Positions 16,049 through 27,339 of a stretch of DNA of 31,056 nt are shown one piece after another; the stretch's first letter is position 1, and every line of letters begins with the position of its first letter. The stretch lies in assembly GCF_003334335.1 (NCBI RefSeq), contig NZ_QOWQ01000047.1; one strand, given 5' to 3'. Under the pieces are notes generated by a model that was given only the letters and a program-made list of their open reading frames with translations, was not told where the DNA came from and searched no databases. Source of the stretch: Escherichia coli. Lineage in GTDB: Bacteria > Pseudomonadota > Gammaproteobacteria > Enterobacterales > Enterobacteriaceae. Position numbers and translations under genes: made by a program.

Positions 16049-18196
16049 ATGAACGTTATTGCAATATTGAATCACATGGGGGTTTATTTTAAAGAAGAAC
16101 CCATCCGTGAACTTCATCGCGCGCTTGAACGTCTGAACTTCCAGATTGTTTACCCGAACGACCGTGACGACTTATTAAAACTGATCGAAAACAATGCGCG
16201 TCTGTGCGGCGTTATTTTTGACTGGGATAAATATAATCTCGAGCTGTGCGAAGAAATTAGCAAAATGAACGAGAACCTGCCGTTGTACGCGTTCGCTAAT
16301 ACGTATTCCACTCTCGATGTAAGCCTGAATGACCTGCGTTTACAGATTAGCTTCTTTGAATATGCGCTGGGTGCTGCTGAAGATATTGCTAATAAGATCA
16401 AGCAGACCACTGACGAATATATCAACACTATTCTGCCTCCGCTGACTAAAGCACTGTTTAAATATGTTCGTGAAGGTAAATATACTTTCTGTACTCCTGG
16501 TCACATGGGCGGTACTGCATTCCAGAAAAGCCCGGTAGGTAGCCTGTTCTATGATTTCTTTGGTCCGAATACCATGAAATCTGATATTTCCATTTCAGTA
16601 TCTGAACTGGGTTCTCTGCTGGATCACAGTGGTCCACACAAAGAAGCAGAACAGTATATCGCTCGCGTCTTTAACGCAGACCGCAGCTACATGGTGACCA
16701 ACGGTACTTCCACTGCGAACAAAATTGTTGGTATGTACTCTGCTCCAGCAGGCAGCACCATTCTGATTGACCGTAACTGCCACAAATCGCTGACCCACCT
16801 GATGATGATGAGCGATGTTACGCCAATCTATTTCCGCCCGACCCGTAACGCTTACGGTATTCTTGGTGGTATCCCACAGAGTGAATTCCAGCACGCTACC
16901 ATTGCTAAGCGCGTGAAAGAAACACCAAACGCAACCTGGCCGGTACATGCTGTAATTACCAACTCTACCTATGATGGTCTGCTGTACAACACCGACTTCA
17001 TCAAGAAAACACTGGATGTGAAATCCATCCACTTTGACTCCGCGTGGGTGCCTTACACCAACTTCTCACCGATTTACGAAGGTAAATGCGGTATGAGCGG
17101 TGGCCGTGTAGAAGGGAAAGTGATTTACGAAACCCAGTCCACTCACAAACTGCTGGCGGCGTTCTCTCAGGCTTCCATGATCCACGTTAAAGGTGACGTA
17201 AACGAAGAAACCTTTAACGAAGCCTACATGATGCACACCACCACTTCTCCGCACTACGGTATCGTGGCGTCCACTGAAACCGCTGCGGCGATGATGAAAG
17301 GCAATGCAGGTAAGCGTCTGATCAACGGTTCTATTGAACGTGCGATCAAATTCCGTAAAGAGATCAAACGTCTGAGAACGGAATCTGATGGCTGGTTCTT
17401 TGATGTATGGCAGCCGGATCATATCGATACGACTGAATGCTGGCCGCTGCGTTCTGACAGCACCTGGCACGGCTTCAAAAACATCGATAACGAGCACATG
17501 TATCTTGACCCGATCAAAGTCACCCTGCTGACTCCGGGGATGGAAAAAGACGGCACCATGAGCGACTTTGGTATTCCGGCCAGCATCGTGGCGAAATACC
17601 TCGACGAACATGGCATCGTTGTTGAGAAAACCGGTCCGTATAACCTGCTGTTCCTGTTCAGCATCGGTATCGATAAGACCAAAGCACTGAGCCTGCTGCG
17701 TGCTCTGACTGACTTTAAACGTGCGTTCGACCTGAACCTGCGTGTGAAAAACATGCTGCCGTCTCTGTATCGTGAAGATCCTGAATTCTATGAAAACATG
17801 CGTATTCAGGAACTGGCTCAGAATATCCACAAACTGATTGTTCACCACAATCTGCCGGATCTGATGTATCGCGCATTTGAAGTGCTGCCGACGATGGTAA
17901 TGACTCCGTATGCTGCATTCCAGAAAGAGCTGCACGGTATGACCGAAGAAGTTTACCTCGACGAAATGGTAGGTCGTATTAACGCCAATATGATCCTTCC
18001 GTACCCGCCGGGAGTTCCTCTGGTAATGCCGGGTGAAATGATCACCGAAGAAAGCCGTCCGGTTCTGGAGTTCCTGCAGATGCTGTGTGAAATCGGCGCT
18101 CACTATCCGGGCTTTGAAACCGATATTCACGGTGCATACCGTCAGGCTGATGGCCGCTATACCGTTAAGGTATTGAAAGAAGAAAGCAAAAAATAA
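16049..18196 (+). CDS. cadA: CadA, inducible lysine decarboxylase, 715 aa. The start is MNVIAILNHMGVYF at 16049 with RBS ggag at 16037-16040.
   Basis: Full-length match to CadA. The ORF-track start at 16010 is an upstream in-frame extension. Confidence 0.95.
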   Translation: MNVIAILNHMGVYFKEEPIRELHRALERLNFQIVYPNDRDDLLKLIENNARLCGVIFDWDKYNLELCEEISKMNENLPLYAFANTYSTLDVSLNDLRLQISFFEYALGAAEDIANKIKQTTDEYINTILPPLTKALFKYVREGKYTFCTPGHMGGTAFQKSPVGSLFYDFFGPNTMKSDISISVSELGSLLDHSGPHKEAEQYIARVFNADRSYMVTNGTSTANKIVGMYSAPAGSTILIDRNCHKSLTHLMMMSDVTPIYFRPTRNAYGILGGIPQSEFQHATIAKRVKETPNATWPVHAVITNSTYDGLLYNTDFIKKTLDVKSIHFDSAWVPYTNFSPIYEGKCGMSGGRVEGKVIYETQSTHKLLAAFSQASMIHVKGDVNEETFNEAYMMHTTTSPHYGIVASTETAAAMMKGNAGKRLINGSIERAIKFRKEIKRLRTESDGWFFDVWQPDHIDTTECWPLRSDSTWHGFKNIDNEHMYLDPIKVTLLTPGMEKDGTMSDFGIPASIVAKYLDEHGIVVEKTGPYNLLFLFSIGIDKTKALSLLRALTDFKRAFDLNLRVKNMLPSLYREDPEFYENMRIQELAQNIHKLIVHHNLPDLMYRAFEVLPTMVMTPYAAFQKELHGMTEEVYLDEMVGRINANMILPYPPGVPLVMPGEMITEESRPVLEFLQMLCEIGAHYPGFETDIHGAYRQADGRYTVKVLKEESKK

Positions 18197-18209
18197 TTAG
18201 CTCGTACAA

Positions 18210-18238
18210 GGGAAGTGGCTTGCCACTTCCCTTTTTTG
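18210..18238 (+). terminator. Strong intrinsic terminator of cadBA (ggaagtgg-cttg-ccacttcc plus TTTTTT).
   Basis: GC-rich hairpin and T6 immediately after the cadA stop. Confidence 0.7.
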
Positions 18239-18254
18239 CTCATAAGGAGAACAC

Positions 18255-19712
18255 ATGAAAACACCCTCACAGCCGCGCGCGATATACTATATCGTGGCGA
18301 TCCAAATCTGGGAGTACTTCAGTTTTTACGGCATGCGTGCCTTACTCATTCTCTATCTCACCCATCAGCTTGGTTTTGATGATAACCATGCCATCAGCCT
18401 GTTCAGCGCATATGCTTCTCTGGTTTACGTTACCCCTATTCTCGGCGGCTGGCTTGCCGACCGCCTGCTCGGCAACCGCACTGCAGTGATTGCCGGCGCG
18501 CTGTTAATGACCCTTGGCCATGTGGTGCTGGGTATTGATACAAATTCAACCTTTAGCCTGTATCTGGCGCTGGCAATCATTATTTGTGGCTACGGTTTAT
18601 TCAAATCAAACATCAGCTGTTTGCTTGGCGAGCTCTACGACGAGAACGATCATCGACGTGATGGCGGTTTTTCGCTGCTGTATGCTGCGGGCAATATCGG
18701 TTCTATCGCAGCCCCAATCGCCTGCGGCCTGGCTGCTCAGTGGTATGGATGGCATGTTGGCTTTGCCCTTGCGGGTGGCGGCATGTTTATCGGTTTGTTG
18801 ATTTTCTTAAGCGGTCATCGTCATTTCCAGTCCACACGTAGTATGGATAAAAAAGCGCTCACTAGTGTCAAATTTGCCTTACCAGTATGGAGCTGGTTAG
18901 TGGTGATGCTCTGTTTAGCCCCAGTATTTTTTACTCTGCTGCTGGAGAACGACTGGTCCGGATATTTGCTGGCGATCGTTTGCCTCATTGCCGCACAAAT
19001 CATTGCCCGCATGATGATCAAATTCCCCGAACATCGCCGTGCTCTTTGGCAAATTGTATTGTTGATGTTTGTCGGGACATTGTTCTGGGTACTGGCACAA
19101 CAGGGCGGCAGTACCATCAGCTTGTTTATCGATCGCTTTGTGAATCGTCAGGCATTCAATATTGAAGTACCTACAGCACTATTCCAGTCGGTGAATGCAA
19201 TTGCGGTGATGCTCGCTGGGGTTGTACTGGCCTGGCTGGCGTCGCCAGAAAGCCGCGGCAACTCAACATTGCGCGTCTGGCTGAAGTTTGCCTTTGGCTT
19301 ACTGCTGATGGCTTGTGGCTTTATGTTGTTGGCATTTGATGCCCGACATGCAGCGGCTGACGGTCAAGCGTCAATGGGCGTGATGATATCCGGGCTGGCG
19401 CTAATGGGCTTTGCCGAACTCTTTATTGACCCGGTGGCGATTGCGCAAATCACGCGTCTGAAAATGTCTGGCGTATTAACCGGGATTTATATGCTGGCAA
19501 CAGGCGCGGTCGCCAACTGGCTGGCAGGCGTCGTGGCACAGCAGACGACAGAGTCGCAAATTAGCGGTATGGCAATTGCAGCTTACCAGCGATTCTTTTC
19601 TCAGATGGGAGAGTGGACGTTGGCTTGTGTCGCGATCATCGTCGTATTGGCCTTTGCTACCCGTTTTCTGTTTAGCACGCCGACGAATATGATACAGGAG
19701 AGCAACGATTAA
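18255..19712 (+). CDS. dtpC: DtpC (YjdL), dipeptide/tripeptide:H+ permease of the POT family, 485 aa.
   Basis: Length, sequence and position between cadA and lysU. Confidence 0.9.
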   Translation: MKTPSQPRAIYYIVAIQIWEYFSFYGMRALLILYLTHQLGFDDNHAISLFSAYASLVYVTPILGGWLADRLLGNRTAVIAGALLMTLGHVVLGIDTNSTFSLYLALAIIICGYGLFKSNISCLLGELYDENDHRRDGGFSLLYAAGNIGSIAAPIACGLAAQWYGWHVGFALAGGGMFIGLLIFLSGHRHFQSTRSMDKKALTSVKFALPVWSWLVVMLCLAPVFFTLLLENDWSGYLLAIVCLIAAQIIARMMIKFPEHRRALWQIVLLMFVGTLFWVLAQQGGSTISLFIDRFVNRQAFNIEVPTALFQSVNAIAVMLAGVVLAWLASPESRGNSTLRVWLKFAFGLLLMACGFMLLAFDARHAAADGQASMGVMISGLALMGFAELFIDPVAIAQITRLKMSGVLTGIYMLATGAVANWLAGVVAQQTTESQISGMAIAAYQRFFSQMGEWTLACVAIIVVLAFATRFLFSTPTNMIQESND

Positions 19713-19948
19713 CTGTCGTAAAAACAATTGGTTATGAATAAATTAACTTTCAGTTTATAACACTAACAAATCGAGATTAATAAGTCATTTAAACCATTTT
19801 GATGGTTATTTATTAGTGATATCAACTTGAGGTAAGCGTTAGTTTCGATAAGATAAACTGAGTTACTAATAGTCGAGGCAGATAATACAGTGTACCGATC
19901 TGTCTCTTTATCTACGCTAAATTGAAAGCTGGATTTAGAGGAACCAAA

Positions 19949-21466
19949 ATGTCTGAACAAGAAACACGGGGAGCCAATGAGGCTATTGATTTTAACGATG
20001 AACTGAGAAATCGCCGCGAAAAACTGGCGGCACTACGTCAGCAAGGTGTGGCGTTTCCCAATGATTTTCGCCGCGACCATACCTCTGACCAGTTGCACGA
20101 AGAGTTTGATGCGAAGGATAACCAGGAACTGGAATCCTTAAACATTGAAGTCTCGGTTGCTGGCCGAATGATGACCCGTCGTATCATGGGGAAAGCCTCC
20201 TTTGTAACGTTGCAGGATGTCGGTGGCCGTATTCAACTGTACGTTGCAAGAGATAGCCTGCCAGAAGGTGTTTATAACGATCAGTTTAAAAAATGGGATC
20301 TGGGTGACATTATCGGTGCCCGCGGTACGCTGTTTAAGACGCAAACGGGTGAGCTTTCCATTCACTGTACTGAGCTGCGCCTGCTGACTAAAGCACTACG
20401 TCCTTTACCAGATAAATTCCATGGTCTGCAGGATCAGGAAGTCCGTTATCGTCAACGTTATCTGGACCTCATCGCTAACGATAAATCCCGTCAAACGTTT
20501 GTTGTCCGTTCAAAAATTCTGGCCGCTATCCGTCAATTCATGGTCGCGCGCGGCTTTATGGAAGTAGAAACCCCGATGATGCAGGTAATTCCAGGTGGGG
20601 CATCTGCTCGCCCGTTTATTACCCATCATAATGCTCTGGATTTAGATATGTATCTGCGTATCGCGCCGGAGCTGTATCTGAAACGTCTGGTTGTAGGCGG
20701 TTTTGAACGGGTATTCGAAATCAACCGTAACTTCCGTAATGAAGGTATTTCTGTTCGCCATAATCCTGAGTTCACAATGATGGAACTCTACATGGCGTAT
20801 GCGGATTACCACGATTTGATTGAACTGACAGAGTCACTGTTCCGCACCCTGGCACAAGAGGTTCTGGGTACCACTAAAGTCACTTATGGCGAGCATGTGT
20901 TTGATTTCGGCAAACCGTTTGAAAAACTCACCATGCGCGAAGCAATCAAAAAATATCGTCCAGAAACCGATATGGCCGACCTGGATAATTTTGATGCTGC
21001 TAAAGCATTAGCTGAATCTATCGGTATTACGGTAGAGAAAAGCTGGGGGTTGGGACGTATTGTCACAGAGATCTTTGATGAAGTGGCAGAAGCACATCTG
21101 ATTCAGCCAACCTTTATTACGGAATATCCGGCAGAAGTGTCCCCGCTGGCACGCCGTAATGATGTTAACCCGGAAATCACCGACCGTTTTGAATTCTTCA
21201 TCGGTGGTCGTGAAATCGGTAATGGTTTTAGCGAATTAAACGACGCAGAAGATCAGGCTGAACGTTTCCAGGAACAGGTTAATGCTAAAGCTGCAGGTGA
21301 CGACGAAGCCATGTTCTATGACGAAGATTACGTGACTGCGCTGGAATATGGTCTGCCGCCAACCGCTGGTCTGGGTATTGGTATCGACCGAATGATTATG
21401 CTGTTTACTAACAGCCATACTATTCGCGACGTTATTCTCTTCCCGGCGATGCGCCCACAGAAATAA
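19949..21466 (+). CDS. lysU: LysU, heat-inducible lysyl-tRNA synthetase, 505 aa. The start is [11 protein letters not shown] at 19949.
   Basis: Full-length match. The ORF-track start at 19922 is an in-frame upstream extension. Confidence 0.95.
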
Positions 21467-21477
21467 ATTTCACTTTA

Positions 21478-21511
21478 ATGAACGAAGCAGTCAGGCGACT
21501 GCTTCGTTCAT
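21478..21511. terminator. 15-bp perfect hairpin (atgaacgaagcagtc-aggc-gactgcttcgttcat) between the convergent genes lysU and ghoT. It is probably a bidirectional terminator.
   Basis: Long perfect stem. T-rich flanks are weak on the + side and better on the - side. Confidence 0.45.
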
Positions 21512-21584
21512 CGTTCCGCAAATCCAGTTTTGAGGAGAGACGCTTCGTTTCACGATAACCAGCGGGTCCACTCAACTACAGCTC

Positions 21585-21758
21585 CTAAAAGAGAGAAAAA
21601 AGTAATGCCACAGGCAGACTCATTGGCCAGGTTATTCCGACCAGGAATGCACTAAGTAAACGAATATGTGTTTTCTCATGTGAGATAAACCAGATAATGA
21701 CAAAGGATATGTTCACACCAATCACATAAAAAATTAATATTTTAGAGAATAGTGCCAT
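21585..21758 (-). CDS. ghoT: GhoT (YjdO), 57-aa membrane-lytic toxin of the type V ghoST toxin-antitoxin pair. It is below the 60-aa ORF-track cutoff.
   Basis: The reverse-strand translation MALFSKILIFYVIGVNISFVIIWFISHEKTHIRLLSAFLVGITWPMSLPVALLFSLF was read directly from the sequence. Confidence 0.85.
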   Translation of the reverse strand: MALFSKILIFYVIGVNISFVIIWFISHEKTHIRLLSAFLVGITWPMSLPVALLFSLF

Positions 21759-21785
21759 TTTTTATGTTCTTCTTATCCTTCCTGG

Positions 21786-22082
21786 CTACTTGTAAAACTG
21801 ACGGAAATAGTCATCAACTGTCATAATGTTGAGGTCAAAATCAATATCCGGTAAGTCTAAGCATTTGAGCCTGATTAAATCTTCGATTTCACTTGCGGCT
21901 AACGATGTCGTTATTGCGAAGGAGTTTTCATTCAATTGTCGTGGTATCCCATATTCATCAGCCACGATAGAGGAGAAATTCATATCATACATCAATGATC
22001 TTAATCTTAAGAACACTGAGGAATAAGATGATGGATAATCAAAAGAAACAACATAAGTATTGAACTTGTTTTTACCTTCCAT
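21786..22082 (-). CDS. ghoS: GhoS (YjdK), 98-aa type V antitoxin (endoribonuclease specific for ghoT mRNA).
   Basis: MEGKNKFNTYVVSFDYPSSYSSVFLRLRSLMYDMNFSSIVADEYGIP... matches GhoS. It lies directly upstream of ghoT on the same strand. Confidence 0.85.
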   Translation of the reverse strand: MEGKNKFNTYVVSFDYPSSYSSVFLRLRSLMYDMNFSSIVADEYGIPRQLNENSFAITTSLAASEIEDLIRLKCLDLPDIDFDLNIMTVDDYFRQFYK

Positions 22083-22308
22083 AATATGACTCCTATCAAT
22101 ATTAAACGCTCTGGGGACGCAAAACTTATTAACCCCGATTGATGATTCTCATATAGGAGATATTCTTTTTTTTGCTCAGTAAAGGGGATGACTTGGGACA
22201 AAAAAACGCGCTCTCTGCCCATTCTTTGTGCATCCCCCTACCCTTCAGATGCTCTCCTGCATCACATCGCGGAGAGAATGAAAAATATCGTGACTCTGTA
22301 CTCTCCCA

Positions 22309-22581
22309 TCAACTGCGAATATCATCATACTCCCGCGTTTTATCAAATTCATGTTTCGCAAATGGGCATAATGGGATAATTTTTCGTTTTTCCCGACGCA
22401 TTTTTTCCACGACTTTCGCAACCAGCTGTTTACCAATCCCTTGCCCTTTCAGGCTTTCATCGACATCGGTATGTTCGATAATCGCTAAATTCTCTCCGGT
22501 CGGCACAAAGACAATTTCAGCGATTTGCTTGCCTTGTTTGTCATTAATGTAAAATTTATTGTGGCCTTCGCGTATTTCCAT
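22309..22581 (-). CDS. yjdJ: YjdJ, small GNAT-family acetyltransferase-like protein, 90 aa.
   Basis: Sequence and position between ghoS and yjdI. Confidence 0.8.
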
Positions 22582-22592
22582 TTTACCCTCGC

Positions 22593-22823
22593 TTATTTAT
22601 GACGGTATTTCAGCGCGCCGCTCGGGCACGTATCAATCACTTTAACCACAGTGGCGACGTCGACTTCATCCGGCATGATCCACGGCTTTCGTTTGAGATT
22701 AAATAACTTGCCGTTGCCACGTACGCAATTGCCAGAATGCTGACATATCGCAGTGTTGAAATAGACATCGAGCTTTTCGCCGGTATAACAGCGATAACCC
22801 CCGTCCAGTAGCGCCTGATCCAT
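22593..22823 (-). CDS. yjdI: YjdI, small Cys-rich (DUF1271-type) protein, 76 aa.
   Basis: Sequence and position divergent from dcuS. Confidence 0.8.
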
Positions 22824-23003
22824 GACCTTCCCTCTCTCATCAGTATGATTATCGCTATAAGCATAGCCCCGGAATCTTCATACAGCACTGGCAGTTTCCG
22901 TTGCCAGAGTCTCTTCCCCTATATAGCCAATCATTCTTACTCCCTTTGAATTACCCGCCTCATCAGAGATAATGCTTAAGAAATTTGTCACACAAGGAAG
23001 CTG

Positions 23004-24635
23004 ATGAGACATTCATTGCCCTACCGCATGTTACGCAAACGTCCGATGAAATTGAGTACCACAGTGATCTTAATGGTCAGTGCGGTACTGTTCTCGGTGC
23101 TATTGGTGGTGCATCTGATTTACTTCTCGCAAATCAGTGATATGACGCGAGATGGGCTAGCCAACAAGGCACTGGCAGTGGCGCGTACCCTCGCCGACTC
23201 GCCGGAAATCCGTCAGGGCTTGCAGAAAAAACCGCAGGAGAGTGGCATCCAGGCCATCGCGGAAGCCGTACGCAAACGCAACGATCTGCTGTTTATTGTC
23301 GTTACCGATATGCAAAGTCTTCGCTACTCGCATCCTGAAGCCCAGCGTATTGGTCAGCCATTTAAAGGTGATGACATCCTTAAAGCGCTGAATGGCGAAG
23401 AAAATGTCGCTATCAATCGCGGTTTTCTGGCGCAGGCTTTACGCGTATTTACCCCCATCTACGATGAAAATCATAAACAAATTGGCGTGGTGGCGATCGG
23501 CCTTGAGTTAAGCCGTGTGACCCAACAGATCAATGACAGTCGCTGGAGCATTATCTGGTCGGTATTATTTGGCATGCTGGTCGGACTGATTGGCACCTGC
23601 ATTCTGGTTAAGGTACTGAAAAAAATCCTTTTCGGCCTGGAACCCTACGAAATCTCCACGCTGTTTGAGCAACGCCAGGCCATGTTGCAGTCTATCAAAG
23701 AAGGCGTCGTTGCCGTGGACGATCGCGGCGAGGTCACGCTGATCAACGATGCCGCACAAGAATTGCTGAATTACCGTAAGTCGCAGGACGATGAGAAACT
23801 GTCGACGCTAAGCCACTCATGGTCACAGGTGGTAGATGTCTCGGAAGTGTTACGCGACGGTACCCCGCGCCGCGACGAAGAGATTACGATTAAAGACCGG
23901 CTATTACTGATCAACACCGTTCCGGTGCGCAGTAATGGCGTTATCATCGGTGCCATTTCAACCTTCAGGGACAAAACTGAAGTACGTAAACTGATGCAGC
24001 GACTCGACGGTCTGGTCAACTATGCTGACGCACTTCGTGAACGATCCCACGAATTTATGAATAAATTGCATGTGATTCTCGGATTATTGCATCTGAAGAG
24101 TTATAAGCAGTTGGAAGATTACATTCTCAAAACAGCCAATAACTATCAGGAAGAGATTGGCTCTCTGCTGGGTAAGATCAAATCTCCGGTTATCGCTGGT
24201 TTTTTAATCAGCAAGATTAACCGCGCGACCGATTTAGGCCATACGCTGATTTTAAACAGTGAAAGCCAGCTGCCAGACAGCGGCAGTGAGGACCAGGTCG
24301 CGACGCTGATTACCACGTTGGGAAATCTGATAGAAAACGCGCTGGAGGCATTAGGGCCGGAACCCGGAGGCGAAATTAGCGTAACATTGCACTACCGTCA
24401 CGGCTGGCTGCACTGTGAAGTTAATGATGATGGACCGGGGATCGCACCCGATAAAATCGATCACATTTTTGACAAAGGTGTCTCGACAAAAGGAAGCGAG
24501 CGAGGCGTCGGTTTAGCACTTGTCAAACAACAGGTAGAAAATCTCGGCGGCAGCATCGCCGTGGAATCGGAACCCGGGATTTTCACACAATTTTTTGTCC
24601 AGATACCCTGGGACGGGGAGAGGTCGAACAGATGA
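23004..24635 (+). CDS. dcuS: DcuS, C4-dicarboxylate sensor histidine kinase, 543 aa.
   Basis: Full-length match. Confidence 0.95.
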   Translation: MRHSLPYRMLRKRPMKLSTTVILMVSAVLFSVLLVVHLIYFSQISDMTRDGLANKALAVARTLADSPEIRQGLQKKPQESGIQAIAEAVRKRNDLLFIVVTDMQSLRYSHPEAQRIGQPFKGDDILKALNGEENVAINRGFLAQALRVFTPIYDENHKQIGVVAIGLELSRVTQQINDSRWSIIWSVLFGMLVGLIGTCILVKVLKKILFGLEPYEISTLFEQRQAMLQSIKEGVVAVDDRGEVTLINDAAQELLNYRKSQDDEKLSTLSHSWSQVVDVSEVLRDGTPRRDEEITIKDRLLLINTVPVRSNGVIIGAISTFRDKTEVRKLMQRLDGLVNYADALRERSHEFMNKLHVILGLLHLKSYKQLEDYILKTANNYQEEIGSLLGKIKSPVIAGFLISKINRATDLGHTLILNSESQLPDSGSEDQVATLITTLGNLIENALEALGPEPGGEISVTLHYRHGWLHCEVNDDGPGIAPDKIDHIFDKGVSTKGSERGVGLALVKQQVENLGGSIAVESEPGIFTQFFVQIPWDGERSNR

Positions 24636-25351
24636 TCAATGTATTAATTATCGATGACGACGCAATGGTCGCGGAGCTGAATCGCCGATACGTAGCACAA
24701 ATCCTAGGCTTTCAATGCTGTGGAACAGCCTCGACGCTGGAGAAAGCCAAAGAGATTATCTTCAATAGCGATACGCCTATCGACCTGATATTGCTCGATA
24801 TCTATATGCAAAAAGAGAACGGGCTCGATTTACTGCCTGTCCTGCATAACGCGCGTTGCAAAAGTGATGTGATTGTCATCTCCTCCGCAGCCGATGCGGC
24901 AACCATTAAAGATTCGCTGCATTACGGTGTCGTGGATTACCTGATCAAACCCTTCCAGGCTTCCCGCTTTGAAGAGGCGCTCACCGGCTGGCGGCAAAAG
25001 AAAATGGCGCTGGAAAAACATCAGTATTATGACCAGGCCGAGCTTGATCAGCTAATCCACGGCAGCAGCTCCAACGAACAGGATCCTCGTCGCTTGCCAA
25101 AAGGCTTAACGCCGCAGACGTTACGCACACTGTGCCAGTGGATTGACGCGCATCAGGACTATGAATTTTCAACCGACGAGCTAGCCAACGAGGTTAACAT
25201 TTCGCGTGTTTCCTGCCGTAAATACCTCATCTGGCTGGTCAACTGCCACATCTTGTTCACCAGTATCCATTATGGCGTCACGGGGCGTCCAGTTTACCGT
25301 TACCGTATTCAGGCAGAACACTACTCACTACTGAAACAATATTGCCAATAA
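24632..25351 (+). CDS. dcuR: DcuR, response regulator of the DcuSR two-component system, 239 aa. It has a 4-nt overlap with dcuS.
   Basis: Full-length match. Confidence 0.95.
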   Translation: MINVLIIDDDAMVAELNRRYVAQILGFQCCGTASTLEKAKEIIFNSDTPIDLILLDIYMQKENGLDLLPVLHNARCKSDVIVISSAADAATIKDSLHYGVVDYLIKPFQASRFEEALTGWRQKKMALEKHQYYDQAELDQLIHGSSSNEQDPRRLPKGLTPQTLRTLCQWIDAHQDYEFSTDELANEVNISRVSCRKYLIWLVNCHILFTSIHYGVTGRPVYRYRIQAEHYSLLKQYCQ

Positions 25352-25435
25352 CGGATCGCTGGTTATCTGTAAGTAATAATTATTACCGTAATGCAAAATA
25401 CCCCTGGCACAAGTTACATCCTTCATCAGTAAAAC

Positions 25436-25449
25436 TTGTGCCAGATCAA
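25436..25449. promoter_or_regulatory. FNR/CRP-family-like dyad TTGTG-ccag-ATCAA in the dcuR-dcuB intergenic region. It is a candidate anaerobic regulator site for dcuB.
   Basis: 9 of 10 match to the FNR consensus TTGAT-N4-ATCAA. dcuB is known to be FNR- and DcuR-dependent. The position relative to the transcription start was not verified. Confidence 0.25.
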
Positions 25450-25921
25450 ATATAATTATCCCTCCATCATCGCTAAAAATTAATATCTCTTCAGGTGAAC
25501 GGTGTTTTTAATTTCAAAACGCTAACAAAAGTTAATTAACTATTATGTCACCCGCATTATGTGTATTTTTACCCACAAATGGGTAGATCAGATTAATCTA
25601 TAAACCTAATGACATCTGCCCTGAGAACAAAAAATAGACCGATAAATATCAATAAGATAACAGCAAACAAAACATTAACATCTGCGCAGTACAAACTATA
25701 AACCCATCGCCAGAGAGTCTTTCTCTCTGAAAAAGCCGCTTATCACAGTGCATAAATTTGCCGCTGCTTTAATCAGCCAATATTCACTGTGAGGTATTTG
25801 CTAAAGCCGGTAACGACCAAACGGATATTTAGTCAGGCTCTGAAAACAGTTCATACAAAACAGAACGTGACTGTGATCTATTCAGCAAAAATTTAAATAG
25901 GATTATCGCGAGGGTTCACAC

Positions 25922-27262
25922 ATGTTATTTACTATCCAACTTATCATAATACTGATATGTCTGTTTTATGGTGCCAGAAAGGGTGGTATCGCGCTGGGTT
26001 TATTAGGCGGTATCGGTCTGGTCATTCTGGTCTTCGTCTTCCACCTTCAGCCAGGTAAACCACCAGTTGATGTCATGCTGGTTATCATTGCGGTGGTGGC
26101 GGCATCGGCGACCTTGCAAGCTTCGGGCGGTCTTGATGTCATGCTGCAAATTGCCGAGAAGCTGCTGCGCCGCAACCCGAAATATGTCTCAATTGTCGCG
26201 CCGTTTGTGACCTGTACACTGACCATTCTTTGCGGTACGGGTCATGTGGTTTACACCATTCTGCCGATCATCTACGACGTCGCCATTAAGAACAACATCC
26301 GTCCGGAACGTCCGATGGCGGCAAGTTCTATCGGTGCACAGATGGGGATTATCGCCAGTCCGGTGTCGGTTGCGGTCGTGTCTCTGGTTGCGATGCTGGG
26401 TAATGTCACCTTTGATGGTCGCCATCTTGAGTTCCTCGATCTGCTGGCAATCACCATTCCATCGACGTTAATCGGTATCCTGGCGATCGGTATCTTCAGC
26501 TGGTTCCGCGGTAAAGATCTGGATAAAGACGAAGAGTTCCAGAAATTCATCTCCGTACCGGAAAACCGTGAGTATGTTTACGGTGATACCGCGACGCTGC
26601 TGGATAAAAAACTGCCGAAAAGCAACTGGCTGGCAATGTGGATTTTCCTCGGGGCAATCGCTGTAGTCGCCCTTCTTGGTGCTGATTCGGACCTGCGTCC
26701 ATCCTTCGGCGGCAAACCGCTGTCGATGGTACTGGTTATTCAGATGTTTATGCTGCTGACCGGGGCGCTGATTATTATCCTGACCAAAACCAATCCCGCG
26801 TCTATCTCAAAAAACGAAGTCTTCCGTTCCGGTATGATCGCCATCGTGGCGGTGTACGGTATCGCATGGATGGCAGAAACCATGTTCGGTGCGCATATGT
26901 CTGAAATTCAGGGCGTACTGGGTGAAATGGTGAAAGAGTATCCGTGGGCCTATGCCATTGTTCTGCTGCTGGTTTCCAAGTTTGTAAACTCTCAGGCTGC
27001 GGCGCTGGCGGCGATTGTTCCGGTCGCGCTGGCGATCGGCGTTGATCCGGCATACATCGTGGCTTCAGCACCGGCTTGCTACGGTTATTACATCCTGCCG
27101 ACTTATCCGAGCGATCTGGCAGCGATTCAGTTTGACCGTTCCGGCACCACCCACATCGGTCGCTTCGTCATCAACCACAGCTTTATTCTGCCGGGGTTGA
27201 TTGGTGTGAGCGTATCGTGCGTCTTCGGCTGGATCTTCGCCGCGATGTACGGGTTCTTATAA
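25922..27262 (+). CDS. dcuB: DcuB, anaerobic C4-dicarboxylate antiporter, 446 aa.
   Basis: Full-length match. Confidence 0.95.
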
Positions 27263-27339
27263 ATGCACTTTGCGTGCCGCCCGTGACTACGCGGCACGCC
27301 ATTTTCGAATAACAAATACAGAGTTACAGGCTGGAAGCT

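Noticed and set aside
17066-18130. 354-aa antisense ORF inside cadA, and similar long antisense ORFs inside DUF932 (7606..8433), fumB (28078..28590), lysU, dcuS and the cadB antisense (15421..15933)
   Set aside because: These are shadow ORFs on the opposite strand of strongly supported genes. They have no RBS, and their composition is driven by the sense gene.
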